A DNA stretch of 64,000 nt from an uncultured Gemmatimonadota bacterium (GCA_964345885.1 CAYFSW010000091.1:25485-89484); one strand, 5' to 3'. Shown: positions 36,707 to 46,960, counted from the stretch's first letter. The notes: generated by a model not told the origin, from the letters alone. A program made the numbers and translations.

Positions 36707-39648
36707 ATCACCGTTTGTACACCGAGCCAGGTCACGCGAGAGGGCTGACTATCTGGTCCGTCGCGCTCGCGTCCGTCGTCCTCTTCGCCGCGAACGGCTA
36801 CGCCCAGGCCGTTCCCAAGGCAGCCTACGTGCCCGAGGGCTCCTTCCAGCTACCCGGTAGGGGGCAGCCCGGCACGCCCGACGAGCCCGCCGCGCTGGCG
36901 CTGGGCCACGACCGAACCGTCCACGTCGCCGACGGCCGTGGCCTGGTCTTCGTCTTCGACTCAAGTGGCGTCTACCGCCGGAGCTACGGCGAGGAGCTGG
37001 ATGAGCCCCTGGCGATCGGGATCACCTCGGAAGGCGAGTCCTACGTGCTCGATGGCGATCAGAAACGGGTGTACGTGTTCGGTCCCGGCGGCCAATACCT
37101 GCGCTTCATCGGGGGCAAGGGCAACCGGGGCGGCCAGCTGTCCGACCCGGTAGACCTGGCTCTGGGCCCCTGCGGGCAAGTCTACGTCCTCGATGCCGGC
37201 AGGAGAGCCGTTCACGTGTTCAGCCGGGACGGCCTCTTCGTCCGCACGGTCAGCCTAGGGATGGCGCTCACTCAGCCGCTGTCGTTGGCGGTGGGGAACG
37301 ACGGCCGGATTTTCGTCGCCGACGAACGCACCCCCACCAATATCTTCGCCCTGCCCCCGTTCACCCAGGTGCCCTGGGTCGGAGCGACGCCCCGCGGCCT
37401 GGCCGGCACCGTGGCCTTCCGCGGCGCCGAATTAGAGGAGCCCGTCGCCACGGCAGTGAACGACCTGGGGAGCGTCGTCGTCCTCGACAAGGAGGCCGGC
37501 CGCCTGTACCGGGCCAACGGCGACCAGGTGATCGGACCCACCGACCTGCTGTACGGCGGCGCGGGTACGGGGCGCGGGTCGTTCCGCGAAGCTGTGGACA
37601 TCGCCTTCGCAGGCTCCGACGAGCTGCTGATCCTCGACCGCAGGCTGCGCAAGGTGGAGAGGATTCGCCTCACGACCGAGGAGGGGTTGTCACCGCGAAT
37701 CGCGATGGACTTCCCGATCCGGGTCAGCCAGGTGCCGACCAGCCTCGCTTCGCCGCTGCTCGACATCGGTTACGCGCCCGACGGTACTCCCCGCTTTCTG
37801 GTGGAGACCGAGGACCGGATCCTCACCATGCACACCGCACTGGCCCAGCTCCACGAGACGGTCTACGGCGATAGTGTGAACATGTACAGACCCGACCCTG
37901 AGGGCGGGTCGCGCTTATTCAGCGGCGACATCGGCCGAGTCGAACAGGCCGTGATCACCAATACCTCGGTCATCGCAGCCGATTCGCGGCGCAATCGCTT
38001 CGCCGTCTTCGACCTCGAGAGCGGGGAGCTGACCGGTACGTACGGCGACAACTACCAGGACAACCGCAGGCTCAGGGATCCGAAGGGCGTAGGCGTTCTG
38101 GCCGACGGCCGTATCGTCATCGCCGACACGGGCAACGATCAGGTCAAGATCTTCAGCCCTGACCTGGCGAGCCTCGTTGCCAGCTTCGCGTTCACCGATC
38201 CGGCGGGCGTGGCGATCGACCCGGACGGCGAGATCTTCATCTGGGACGAGAGCGGCGCACAGGTCGCCCGACTCGACGCCGCCGCGCAGACCTTCGAGCC
38301 TCTGCCGGCCGGCTTCCTGCCCGGCCCGGTCAGCGCCATCACCTTCGACCAGGCGGGCAATCTCTTCGCCCTCCACCGCGCCACGCACCGAATCACGATC
38401 ATCACGGCCGGCCTGACCGGAGTGATGATCCAGCTGGGGGCGGAAGGTGCCTTCGGTAATCCGACGGCGCTCAACGTCGATCGCGACGGGAATATCTACA
38501 TTACCGACGAACGTTCTAAGCGGACCGCGATCTACCGTTGGGACGTAGCATTCCCGCCGCTGGCCGGCTTCGATATCGACTTCCAGCCCGACGCGGCTGT
38601 GTTGAGCTGGCAGTCGGGTCCTTCAGGCTTCATCCGTGGGTACGAGATCCAGGGTGCCGACGCGCCGAACGGGCCTTACAGCGGCCTGTTCGTCACGGCC
38701 GCATCGCCATTCCGTATCACCGCCGACAATGTCCCGGAAAGGCCGCCCCGCTATGTGCGAGTGGCGCCCGTGTTCATCACCGGCGTCCGGGGCCGCGCGT
38801 CGAATCCGCTGCCTCTCGCTTACTTCGCGGCGAACCGAGCCTACGCGGACGAGGACTACGCGACGGCGGTGCAGGACGTCGCCGAGGCGGACCGACTGAT
38901 CGAGCGCGGTGTGATCGAAGCCAGCAGTGAGGCGCACGGGCGGTTGCTGTTCGTCGCCACCGCCAGCAGCTACGCACAAGGCGACTTCCGCAGCGCAGTG
39001 GACTGGGGGCAGAAGGCAACGCCTCACCTCGACGCGATGCCCCGGGAACAGAGGATACAGTTCCACTTCATCGTGGCCGAGACCTTCATGCGGCTGGGCG
39101 ACCCGCGCTCGGCGAGTCAGCATGTCCTGGCGCTGGTCGGCCAAGGACCGCGCCCCGAGTACTACGAGGACCAGTCGGTGGTCGATCAGTCGTTCCGAGT
39201 CTACCGAGGCGTCCGCGACGCCGGCCACTCCGAAGACGCGCTCGAGTACCTGCGCCTCTACTGGCAGTCGATACCGGAGAGCGTCGAGTACCTGAAAAAC
39301 GAGTACGCCGACTCGGTAATCGTGTTCTCCACGCGCCAGGTGCTCGGACCCGGCTTCCAGTACTGGAGAGAGGCGGACTACGGCCGCGTGGTCGGGTTCT
39401 TCGAGAACCTACTGGCGGAGGGCGGCTTGCATGGCGAGCAGACGGTGGTCGGGCGGCAGGTGTTGGCGTGCGCCTACTTCGCCTACGGCGACCGCGTGAG
39501 AGCGGAGGACACGTTCCGCGAGATCTTCAGCATCAGGCCCGACTTCAACCTCGAGCGTGAGATCCCGCGGCTGCAGCAGCTGTATGCGCTGCGGATATAC
39601 AACCCGGAGACGCAACGTTTCTTCGGAGCCCTGAGACCGGGGTCGTAG
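36697..39648 (+). CDS. Secreted NHL-repeat beta-propeller protein with a C-terminal TPR-like helical region
   Basis: A signal peptide (LTIWSVALASVVLFAANGYAQA). More than 10 repeats with the NHL signature (VYVLD, IFVAD, VVVLD, IVIAD, IFIWD, IYITD...). A C-terminal alpha-helical repeat region. Confidence 0.8.
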   Translation: MQLNHRLYTEPGHARGLTIWSVALASVVLFAANGYAQAVPKAAYVPEGSFQLPGRGQPGTPDEPAALALGHDRTVHVADGRGLVFVFDSSGVYRRSYGEELDEPLAIGITSEGESYVLDGDQKRVYVFGPGGQYLRFIGGKGNRGGQLSDPVDLALGPCGQVYVLDAGRRAVHVFSRDGLFVRTVSLGMALTQPLSLAVGNDGRIFVADERTPTNIFALPPFTQVPWVGATPRGLAGTVAFRGAELEEPVATAVNDLGSVVVLDKEAGRLYRANGDQVIGPTDLLYGGAGTGRGSFREAVDIAFAGSDELLILDRRLRKVERIRLTTEEGLSPRIAMDFPIRVSQVPTSLASPLLDIGYAPDGTPRFLVETEDRILTMHTALAQLHETVYGDSVNMYRPDPEGGSRLFSGDIGRVEQAVITNTSVIAADSRRNRFAVFDLESGELTGTYGDNYQDNRRLRDPKGVGVLADGRIVIADTGNDQVKIFSPDLASLVASFAFTDPAGVAIDPDGEIFIWDESGAQVARLDAAAQTFEPLPAGFLPGPVSAITFDQAGNLFALHRATHRITIITAGLTGVMIQLGAEGAFGNPTALNVDRDGNIYITDERSKRTAIYRWDVAFPPLAGFDIDFQPDAAVLSWQSGPSGFIRGYEIQGADAPNGPYSGLFVTAASPFRITADNVPERPPRYVRVAPVFITGVRGRASNPLPLAYFAANRAYADEDYATAVQDVAEADRLIERGVIEASSEAHGRLLFVATASSYAQGDFRSAVDWGQKATPHLDAMPREQRIQFHFIVAETFMRLGDPRSASQHVLALVGQGPRPEYYEDQSVVDQSFRVYRGVRDAGHSEDALEYLRLYWQSIPESVEYLKNEYADSVIVFSTRQVLGPGFQYWREADYGRVVGFFENLLAEGGLHGEQTVVGRQVLACAYFAYGDRVRAEDTFREIFSIRPDFNLEREIPRLQQLYALRIYNPETQRFFGALRPGS

Positions 39649-39702
39649 AAACATGGCAAGGGGGCCACTCTGAAGAAGAAGGACTTATTCCTAGGCCGTC
39701 GG

Positions 39703-41991
39703 GTGGCGGTCTACCGGATCGACAAGTTCCTCGGTGAGGGCGGCTTCGCCTATGTCTATAGGGCGCGCGACACGAACCTCGACATCGACGTAGCGCTCAA
39801 GATCCTCAAGCCCGCCTTCGCTTACGACGAGGTGTTCGAAGAGAACTTCCGGCGCGAAGCTCACCGGGCGGCGAAGTTCCGTCATCCCAACGTCATCGCC
39901 ATCCACTACGCCGGTAAGGACGACGACATAGTCTTCTTCTCCATGGACCTGCTGGAGACCGGCCTCAAGGATCTCATGACGCCGGGCAAGCCGATGGAGG
40001 AGGGCGCCATCATCAAGGTCGGCCTCGACGTCGCCTCCGCCCTGCAATTCGCCCACACCCACGAAGGCGGAATAGTCCACCGCGACCTGAAGCCCGACAA
40101 CATCCTCTTCGACCGTCACGGCAATGCCGTCGTGACCGACTTCGGGATCGCCGAAGCAGCGACAAATTACACGGCGGCGACCGGCACGACGGTCTACGTC
40201 GGGACCCCGAAATACATGTCGCCGGAGCAGGCGCGCGGCCATCGAGTCGATCACCGCTCCGACATCTACTCGTTGGGCGTAACCCTCTACGAGATGGCCA
40301 CCGGCGAGGCGCCGTTCACCGGCCGCGACTGGTTCGAGTTGGGCCGCAAGCACATCGAGGAACTCCCCTCGCTGCCGCGTGAAAAGAACACCGATCTCGA
40401 TCCGGATCTCGAGCGCATCATCCTCAAGTGCCTGCAAAAGAACCCGGCCGATCGCTACCAGAGCGCCGAACACCTCAGGTCCGAGCTGTCGAGGCTGGAA
40501 GGCGCGACGCAGCGAACCGTCGTGCTCACCGTACAGAAGACCGAAGAGGAGAAGACCCCGACACCAGTGACGCCGGCTCCTTCGGTGGCGGCGGCCCAGG
40601 AGTCGGAGGCTCGCGAGGCACAGCGCAGCCCGGCCGATCTCTACGAGGCGACGACGCAACCGCCGAAGAAGCGGAGCCGCGCCTGGTTATGGCTGACCGC
40701 GGCAGCAGTGCTGATCGGTACCGTCGTATCTTACTCCACCGACCTCGCCGGCTTCCGCACCTTCGGCGAGGAAAAGGTGCCGTTCCTCGCCAACCTGCCG
40801 GTCCTCGGCTCGGGCGGTGTCTATGTGACCAGCTTCTACTACGCCGCCGTGGAGGGCGGAGCCGATGTCGAGCAGGCGGCGTTCGACATCAGGTTCAGCT
40901 CGCCCGTCGACCCGGTGACCGCCAGCTCGGAGAACGTCAAGCTCCTCGGTCCCAACTCGCGCGCCCTGCCTGCCGAGGTCGAGGTGAAGGAGGGTGGCGC
41001 ACGGATCACGGTCCTGCCAAGCATCCGTCTGCGCTACAACACCCGGTACGAGATCGAGATCGGCGAAGGACTACTGAGCCAGAGGGGAACGCCGATAAGG
41101 CAGAACGCGCGCGCGGCAGAGCCGGGTGCCGTATTCCCGTTCAACACACGCCTGCCACCGCCCGACACGGAACGCCCGACCCTAGCGGAGAGCACGCCGG
41201 CCAAGAACGCCCGCAACGTCCAGACGGGCGCGACGATCACCCTCGGCTTCAGCGAGCCGCTCCAACAGTCGACGGTGAACGCCGGAACGATCCTGCTGCG
41301 CGATGCGAGGGGAATACAGCAGGAGGTCAACGTACTGACGGGCGCTGGCGGACGGGCCGTCGAGGTCCGCCCGATGACGCAGCTGATTCCCGGCACCAGC
41401 TACACGGTGGTCCTCACGAACGAGATCAGGGACCCGACCGGTAATCGACTGATCCCCGACAGTGTCGTCTTCCAAACGAGGTCCGCCACACCGACACCCG
41501 TTGTCCCCGTGGATCCGGGCACTGTCACCGTGAACGTGATGCCGCCGGAGGCACGCGGTTACGTAAAGGTTTTCATAGACAATGAGGACATGGGGTACGT
41601 GCCGAAGCTCGGCCTCGAGGTCGAGGCACGTGTCGAGCACAACCTGAGGCTCGTCGGCGCCCCGCCCTACTCCGCCTTCGAGTTCACGGTCTATCGGGAG
41701 GGCTTCACGCTGGGCCCGGGCCAAAACCGGGAGATCGTACCCGAGATCCAGCCGTTCGGCTGGATCACCGTGACCACTGCCAGCGATGCCCCTACCGCCG
41801 ACGTGTTCATAGACGGCGAGTATGTTTCCTCCACACCGCTTGCGGGTTACACTTTACGCTCTGGACCGCACACGCTGGAGCTGCACCCGAGCGAGGAAGA
41901 CCTTCAGCGTTACGGGGTGTACACAGCTAACTTCACGGTCCCGAGGTTCGGTGAGGAAAGGCTCACCAATCTGAGACTGCCCGCCAAGTGA
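39703..41991 (+). CDS. Transmembrane Hanks-type Ser/Thr protein kinase with an extracellular Ig-like (Big/SbsA-type) domain and a PEGA domain
   Basis: LGEGGFAYVY (Gly loop), VALK, HRDLKPDNIL, DFG, SPEQ (APE-like). A TM helix (AWLWLTAAAVLIGTVVSY). C-terminal Ig-like repeats and a PEGA-like domain (YVKVFIDNEDMGYVP...ADVFIDGEYVSSTPL). Confidence 0.85.
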   Translation: MAVYRIDKFLGEGGFAYVYRARDTNLDIDVALKILKPAFAYDEVFEENFRREAHRAAKFRHPNVIAIHYAGKDDDIVFFSMDLLETGLKDLMTPGKPMEEGAIIKVGLDVASALQFAHTHEGGIVHRDLKPDNILFDRHGNAVVTDFGIAEAATNYTAATGTTVYVGTPKYMSPEQARGHRVDHRSDIYSLGVTLYEMATGEAPFTGRDWFELGRKHIEELPSLPREKNTDLDPDLERIILKCLQKNPADRYQSAEHLRSELSRLEGATQRTVVLTVQKTEEEKTPTPVTPAPSVAAAQESEAREAQRSPADLYEATTQPPKKRSRAWLWLTAAAVLIGTVVSYSTDLAGFRTFGEEKVPFLANLPVLGSGGVYVTSFYYAAVEGGADVEQAAFDIRFSSPVDPVTASSENVKLLGPNSRALPAEVEVKEGGARITVLPSIRLRYNTRYEIEIGEGLLSQRGTPIRQNARAAEPGAVFPFNTRLPPPDTERPTLAESTPAKNARNVQTGATITLGFSEPLQQSTVNAGTILLRDARGIQQEVNVLTGAGGRAVEVRPMTQLIPGTSYTVVLTNEIRDPTGNRLIPDSVVFQTRSATPTPVVPVDPGTVTVNVMPPEARGYVKVFIDNEDMGYVPKLGLEVEARVEHNLRLVGAPPYSAFEFTVYREGFTLGPGQNREIVPEIQPFGWITVTTASDAPTADVFIDGEYVSSTPLAGYTLRSGPHTLELHPSEEDLQRYGVYTANFTVPRFGEERLTNLRLPAK

Positions 41992-42009
41992 GGGGAGGAC
42001 CCGGCGCGA

Positions 42010-43599
42010 ATGGATCTAGTCCTCGTTGTCCGTGAAGGCGCGCAAGTTGGGCGCGTTTTCACCGTCTCACGGGGCGATCGCAAGACGATCGGCCGCGCGC
42101 CCGACTGCGATATCCGCCTGCCCGACCAGGGCGTCTCGCGCCGCCACTGCACGATCGAGAACGTGGGTGCCGTGCTCCGGGTCGTCGACCTGGAGTCGGC
42201 GAACGGCAGCTTCATCAACGGGCAGCTGGTGGAACGCGGCTCGCTGGGGCCCGGCGACCAGCTGGCGGTGGGGCCGACGATCCTCGAGTGCCGGGCGCGG
42301 CCGACCGCGCCAGACAGAGCACCGGGCGAGGCGACGCTCGCCTATCGCGAGGAGGGCACCACGACCGTGGTTCGCAAGGTCGTGGACACCCAGTACCCGG
42401 GCATGGAGGCGCTGGCCGCCGCCGGGAAGCCCGAGGATCTGGATGACCTGCAGCGCGCTCAGCGCAACCTGGCCACCGCCTATCAGGTCTCCAAGATGCT
42501 GGCCAACGCCCCGGGACTGGAAAAGCTACTCGACGAGGTCATCGACTCGATCTTCGCCGCCATCAACGCCGATCGCGCTGCCCTCTTGCTCCAGGACCGC
42601 AGCGACGGGTCGGACGAACTCAGGATCGTGGCATCGCGCTCGCGCACCGGCGAGGACAGCGACCTGGACGAGATTAGCGTCAGCCGGACGGTGGTGCAGG
42701 ACGTGCTCGAGAACGCCGCGTCCTCACTGAGCCGTGACGCCAGCGCCGACGCCCGTTATAAGGCCGGGGAGAGCATCATCCAGCAGAAGATCCGCTCGGT
42801 GATGTGCGCGCCGGTCTCCACCGACGACAGCGTGATCGGCGTCCTTTACGCCGACAGCCGGAGCCTCACCGGCGCCTTTGCGGAGAGCGACCTCGAGCTG
42901 CTGGCTTTGATCGGCAACCAGGCCGGCGTGGCCATCCACCGGGCCCAGTTGATCGCCCAGCTCGAGAAATTCTTCTTCGACACGATCCGCGCGATAGTAG
43001 CGACGATCGACGCGAAGGACGGCTACACGCACCGCCACTCGGAGCGCGTGGCGGACTTCGCTGCCAAGATCGCTACCGAGCTAGGCAGAACCGATGAGGA
43101 GATCGAGGTCGTCAAGCTCTCCGCCCTCCTGCACGACGTCGGCAAGGTCGGCGTGCCCGAGGCCATCCTCAACAAACCGGGCAAGCTGACCAAAGAGGAG
43201 TTCGACGAGATCAAGAAGCACCCGGTACACGGCGTGAACATCCTCGGCCACATCGAGAGCCCCCGCTTCAAGGAGATCCTCCCCGGCGTTCGGCATCATC
43301 ACGAGAAGTGGGACGGCTCGGGCTACCCGGACGGTCTCTCCGGCGAAACCATACCATTCCTCGGCCGGCTGCTCGCCGTGGCCGACGTGCTCGACGCTCT
43401 GAGCTCCGACCGCTCGTACCGCAAGGGCCTCGGCTTCGATAAGTCTGTGGAGATCATCCGGCAGGACGCCGGCAGCCACTTCGATCCCGATGTCGCCGCA
43501 GCGGCCGCGGAGCTGCACTCGCGTGGTGAACTGGAAGTGTTGCCCGAGTGGATCGAGCCCGAGTCGGACCCCATGCCCACGAAGACCCTAGACCCCTAG
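42010..43599 (+). CDS. FHA-GAF-HD-GYP protein (a putative phospho-Thr-regulated c-di-GMP phosphodiesterase)
   Basis: An N-terminal FHA (TIGRAPDCDIRLPDQGVSRRHCTI...SANGSFING), a central GAF-like region, and a C-terminal HD-GYP (HSERVADF...LHDVGKVGVP...HHEKWDGSGYP). Confidence 0.85.
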   Translation: MDLVLVVREGAQVGRVFTVSRGDRKTIGRAPDCDIRLPDQGVSRRHCTIENVGAVLRVVDLESANGSFINGQLVERGSLGPGDQLAVGPTILECRARPTAPDRAPGEATLAYREEGTTTVVRKVVDTQYPGMEALAAAGKPEDLDDLQRAQRNLATAYQVSKMLANAPGLEKLLDEVIDSIFAAINADRAALLLQDRSDGSDELRIVASRSRTGEDSDLDEISVSRTVVQDVLENAASSLSRDASADARYKAGESIIQQKIRSVMCAPVSTDDSVIGVLYADSRSLTGAFAESDLELLALIGNQAGVAIHRAQLIAQLEKFFFDTIRAIVATIDAKDGYTHRHSERVADFAAKIATELGRTDEEIEVVKLSALLHDVGKVGVPEAILNKPGKLTKEEFDEIKKHPVHGVNILGHIESPRFKEILPGVRHHHEKWDGSGYPDGLSGETIPFLGRLLAVADVLDALSSDRSYRKGLGFDKSVEIIRQDAGSHFDPDVAAAAAELHSRGELEVLPEWIEPESDPMPTKTLDP

Positions 43600-43627
43600 G
43601 TTTTGAAATTTCGGCAATCGACAGGCC

Positions 43628-43825
43628 TCAACGGCGGAGCCAACGCGAGCCTGGCAGACGGTGTACCAGGCTGCCCAACCGCTGGCCTAGCGTCTGACCC
43701 GGGCGAGCGGGTATAGCGAGTGCGATAATCAGCAACGCCAGCCCCACGTAGAAAAGCCAGCGCTGGCCCAAGCGATCAGCAGCCAGCGCCAGCGGCGCGC
43801 CTACGAATATCAGGGCCAGCTTCAA
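43628..43825 (-). CDS. Small hypothetical membrane protein
   Basis: 65 aa with two hydrophobic helices. Weak support. Confidence 0.3.
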   Translation of the reverse strand: MKLALIFVGAPLALAADRLGQRWLFYVGLALLIIALAIPARPGQTLGQRLGSLVHRLPGSRWLRR

Positions 43826-43836
43826 GCGAAGGTGGA

Positions 43837-44634
43837 TCAGTCACCTCCCTTGCCGCGTCTCGATTCCAAGAAACGGCGCAAGCCCCCGCGATAATCCTCG
43901 GTCAACCGGGCGAGAGCGTTCACCTCGGCGCCCGCCCGGATCGCCGCTTCGAACGAGTGCCGCTCCGTCTGATAGATCAGCCGCTTCGATAGCGCCAGCG
44001 CACTCGCACTGTGCCCAGCTAGCTCCTCGGCAAACTCGCGGCTCTGCTCCTCGAACGAATCGGTCGGGTAGATGTGGTGGACGAGGCCGTAGCGCTCCGC
44101 CGAATCCGCGTCAATGATCCGGCCGGTAACCACCAACTCGAAGGCCCGTTTTTCGCCGACCGCGCGCCGCAGCATAGCGATCACCATCGCCGGCAGGAAG
44201 CCGATCTTCACTTCGGGATAGCCGAAGCGCGCGTCTGAGGCCGCCAAGACGATGTCGCATGCAGTAGCAAGCCCACAGCCACCCGCTACAGCGTGCCCCT
44301 TCACGGCTGCGACAACCGGCAGCTCGATTCTCCGCAAGATCAGGAACAGATCGCCCAGCGCGTCCGCATCATTGAGCTGTTCCTCCACGCCCGCATCCAT
44401 CAGCTCCGACAGCGCCTCGAGATCGGCGCCCGCACAGAAGTCTTTGCCCTCACCGCGCAGCAGGATAGCTCGAACCCGCTCGTCGGCGTCGGCCCACGCC
44501 AGCGCATCCGATAGCTCATCGACCAGCTCGGAGCTCAACGCGTTCCGTTTCTCCGGCCGGTTGAGGCTGATCGTCGCAACCCCAGTCGACTCGTCGATGT
44601 CGACCGTGATCGTGCTATAGCTCTCCTCGTACAT
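43837..44634 (-). CDS. Enoyl-CoA hydratase/isomerase (crotonase family)
   Basis: LNRPEKRNALS...GEGKDFCAGADL...AAVKGHAVAGGCGLATACD carries the crotonase oxyanion-hole motifs. Confidence 0.85.
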   Translation of the reverse strand: MYEESYSTITVDIDESTGVATISLNRPEKRNALSSELVDELSDALAWADADERVRAILLRGEGKDFCAGADLEALSELMDAGVEEQLNDADALGDLFLILRRIELPVVAAVKGHAVAGGCGLATACDIVLAASDARFGYPEVKIGFLPAMVIAMLRRAVGEKRAFELVVTGRIIDADSAERYGLVHHIYPTDSFEEQSREFAEELAGHSASALALSKRLIYQTERHSFEAAIRAGAEVNALARLTEDYRGGLRRFLESRRGKGGD

Positions 44635-44669
44635 TCAGCTCTCTCCAGTCGAACGGAGATCCGGTACCC

Positions 44670-44840
44670 TCAACGCCCGAACCAGCGCCGCTCGGCTATG
44701 ACCGCCAGCCCCAGGATCAGAAAGCCAACGCTTCCCAACACGAGCAACGTCGACCCGACTTCACCGAGCTCGGCCACAACACCGACTACAGCGACGATCG
44801 CGCAAGCGATCAGGAGCACCCATATGATCCAACGTACAAG
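44670..44840 (-). CDS. Small membrane protein (57 aa)
   Basis: MLVRWIIWVLLIACAIVAVVGVVAELG...LLVLGSVGFLILGLAVIAERRWFGR, preceded by a strong AGGAGG RBS. It is below the ORF-track size cutoff. Confidence 0.4.
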   Translation of the reverse strand, partial: LVRWIIWVLLIACAIVAVVGVVAELGEVGSTLLVLGSVGFLILGLAVIAERRWFGR

Positions 44841-44865
44841 CATCCCCCGGCCCTCCTGGTTTAGC

Positions 44866-45225
44866 TCAACCGCCCTCCCGAGCCCCGCCGCCGATCAGCT
44901 CGCCCAGCTCGTCGGGGACGGCGATCTCCATCCGCAGCAACGCCGCACCGAACGTCTTCGCCTGGGCATCGGTTCGCAGCGATAGCGTGCCACCTCCGCC
45001 CAGCGATTGGTGAAGCAGGAAATTGAGTGCCAGCAGGTTGGGTAGCTCGAATCGCTCCACCGGTCCCTCGCAGACACCCTTGAAGTGAGCCTTTACGCGA
45101 TCTGCCGTAACCTCTTTAACAATATAGGCATAGAACTCGGGCCTCAGCGCGATTAGACCAATGTTGGCCGTGTCACCCTTGTCGCCCGAGCGCGCGTGCG
45201 CGATCTCGAGTAGCCGGACCACCAC
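44866..45225 (-). CDS. DUF4387-family protein (AtuA-associated)
   Basis: AHARSGDKGDTANIG... matches the DUF4387 proteins that are usually encoded next to DUF1446/AtuA. Confidence 0.7.
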   Translation of the reverse strand: MVVRLLEIAHARSGDKGDTANIGLIALRPEFYAYIVKEVTADRVKAHFKGVCEGPVERFELPNLLALNFLLHQSLGGGGTLSLRTDAQAKTFGAALLRMEIAVPDELGELIGGGAREGG

Positions 45226-45227
45226 CG

Positions 45228-45584
45228 TCAGTCTTCCTCACCGTAGGTCCGGCCCCGCAGCCATTCGACGCCGGCGCCGGCGGCGGCGATCCACAGGCCT
45301 GCGACCCCAACCGTACCCAGCCAGTCAACCTCCACACCGACGAACAGGCTGGATATTGCCAGCGCGATGGCGAGGATGCTGAGGAAGCGAACGCCGAGAT
45401 TAGCCGCCGCCCCACTCTTCCGCACGGCGAGGGCCCAGGCAGCCACTGCCGTGAGGGCCCCCGCGCCGGCGAAGGCTTGCGCGCCAGGTCCTGCCGCACC
45501 GAGCCCCTCGAGGACGGCTGCGATGACCGATATGGTGGCGCCTGAGGGGAGAAGCAGGCTCGGCTTCGCGGTCTCGGTCATCAT
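45228..45584 (-). CDS. Integral membrane protein (3-4 TM), inserted between AtuA and DUF4387
   Basis: Hydrophobic helices. The start overlaps the AtuA stop (ATGA) and the stop abuts the DUF4387 start. Confidence 0.55.
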   Translation of the reverse strand: MMTETAKPSLLLPSGATISVIAAVLEGLGAAGPGAQAFAGAGALTAVAAWALAVRKSGAAANLGVRFLSILAIALAISSLFVGVEVDWLGTVGVAGLWIAAAGAGVEWLRGRTYGEED

Positions 45585-46960
45585 GGAACGACCTCCACTT
45601 CGACACGCGGCTGAACATGTGCCTTGGGGATGAGCGCGGGCCAGTAGGCTACCATCTCCTGGACGCGAGGCCGGCCGCCGCCGAAACCGGTAGCGGTGGG
45701 CGGCCCGGCGAGGATGAGCGAGGCGATCTCACGCGAGAACCGTTCTACGGCCGAGCGCTCGCTCGAATGCTTTACGCCGATGCGCAACTCGACCTCCGGC
45801 AGATCGTCACCCAACGGACCGGCGAGTGATCCATGACAGGCGCCAGCACCGAAGTACTCCGTATGGACTTCATCGAAGCGCAGGCCGATGCGATCCAAGC
45901 GGCCGCGTATCGTGCGGTCTGCGGTCTGCGCCTTCGCCAAGGCATCGGGCCATGAGTACGCCATCCGGCCCACGGCCTTGTAACCCGCGAGATAGGATAT
46001 CGAGACCTTGAGCTGGTCGGTGGCGCGATCTCCACTCACACCGTAGACACGAACGCGGTCGGGAGCCTGCTGCTCCAGCTGTATCGTCCTGAAGTCGGCG
46101 ACACAATCGGGAGTAATGTACCCCGAGGGATCGCCCATCTCATAAAGTAGTTGCTCGGTGACGGTCGCCTCGGTCACGCGACCGCCCAAGCTCTCATGTT
46201 TCGTTACGACGAACTCGCCGCTCGCTTGCGACTCAATGATCGGATAGCCGATGTCGACGTAATCAACGGACTGCCAGTCGACGCCCGTGTTGCCGCCGGT
46301 GGCCTGTGCGCCGCATTCGTTAATGTGCCCGGCGACGACCCCTGCGGCGAGCTTATCCCAATCATCGCGAGGCCAACCGTGTTCGAACATCATCGGCGCG
46401 TAGGTCAGCGCGGTGTCAGTCGTCCTGCCGGCGATCACCACGTCGGCACCCTGCTGCAACGCCTCGATGATCGGGGCAGCACCGATGTAGGCGTTGGCCG
46501 ACTGGATCCGGTCGCGAATCCTCTCGAGCGGCTTACCCGTTTCCATGTTGCGCAACTCGATTCCGGCCGCGAGAAGCTCATCGACACGCTCGAGCAGGTC
46601 GTCACCGGTGATGACGCCGATGCGAGCGCGCCCTGCCAGGCCCTGGGCGTTCGCTACCTCGAAGACCGCGTCGCGGCAAGCTAATGGATTCACGCCGCCG
46701 GCGTTGGCGATCACTCGGACACCGCTCTCAATGCACGTGCCGAGGATCCGGCCCATCAGGGGCACGAAATCACGAGCGTATCCTTGCGACGGGTCGCGGC
46801 CTCGCAGCTTCTGGAGTATGGACATCGTGACTTCCGCCAGGTAGTCCATCACCAGGTAGTCGATGGGCCCCGACTGGACCTGCAGGACCGGGGCCTCGAG
46901 CCAGTCGCCCCAGAAGCCCTGCCCGGAGGCAATCCGTACGCTCTGGGCCCCGTCGCTCAC
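45581..46960 (-). CDS. AtuA-like (DUF1446) protein
   Basis: An N-terminal region with many conserved Gly/Asp, ...YIGAAPIIEAL..GADVVIAGRTTD..., and length are typical of the acyclic-terpene-utilisation AtuA family. Confidence 0.8.
   Translation of the reverse strand: MSDGAQSVRIASGQGFWGDWLEAPVLQVQSGPIDYLVMDYLAEVTMSILQKLRGRDPSQGYARDFVPLMGRILGTCIESGVRVIANAGGVNPLACRDAVFEVANAQGLAGRARIGVITGDDLLERVDELLAAGIELRNMETGKPLERIRDRIQSANAYIGAAPIIEALQQGADVVIAGRTTDTALTYAPMMFEHGWPRDDWDKLAAGVVAGHINECGAQATGGNTGVDWQSVDYVDIGYPIIESQASGEFVVTKHESLGGRVTEATVTEQLLYEMGDPSGYITPDCVADFRTIQLEQQAPDRVRVYGVSGDRATDQLKVSISYLAGYKAVGRMAYSWPDALAKAQTADRTIRGRLDRIGLRFDEVHTEYFGAGACHGSLAGPLGDDLPEVELRIGVKHSSERSAVERFSREIASLILAGPPTATGFGGGRPRVQEMVAYWPALIPKAHVQPRVEVEVVP

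Noticed and set aside
43628-43825. 65-aa small membrane ORF. It is listed at low confidence, but I considered dropping it.
   Set aside because: It has no RBS and no conservation evidence. It is kept only as a low-confidence call.
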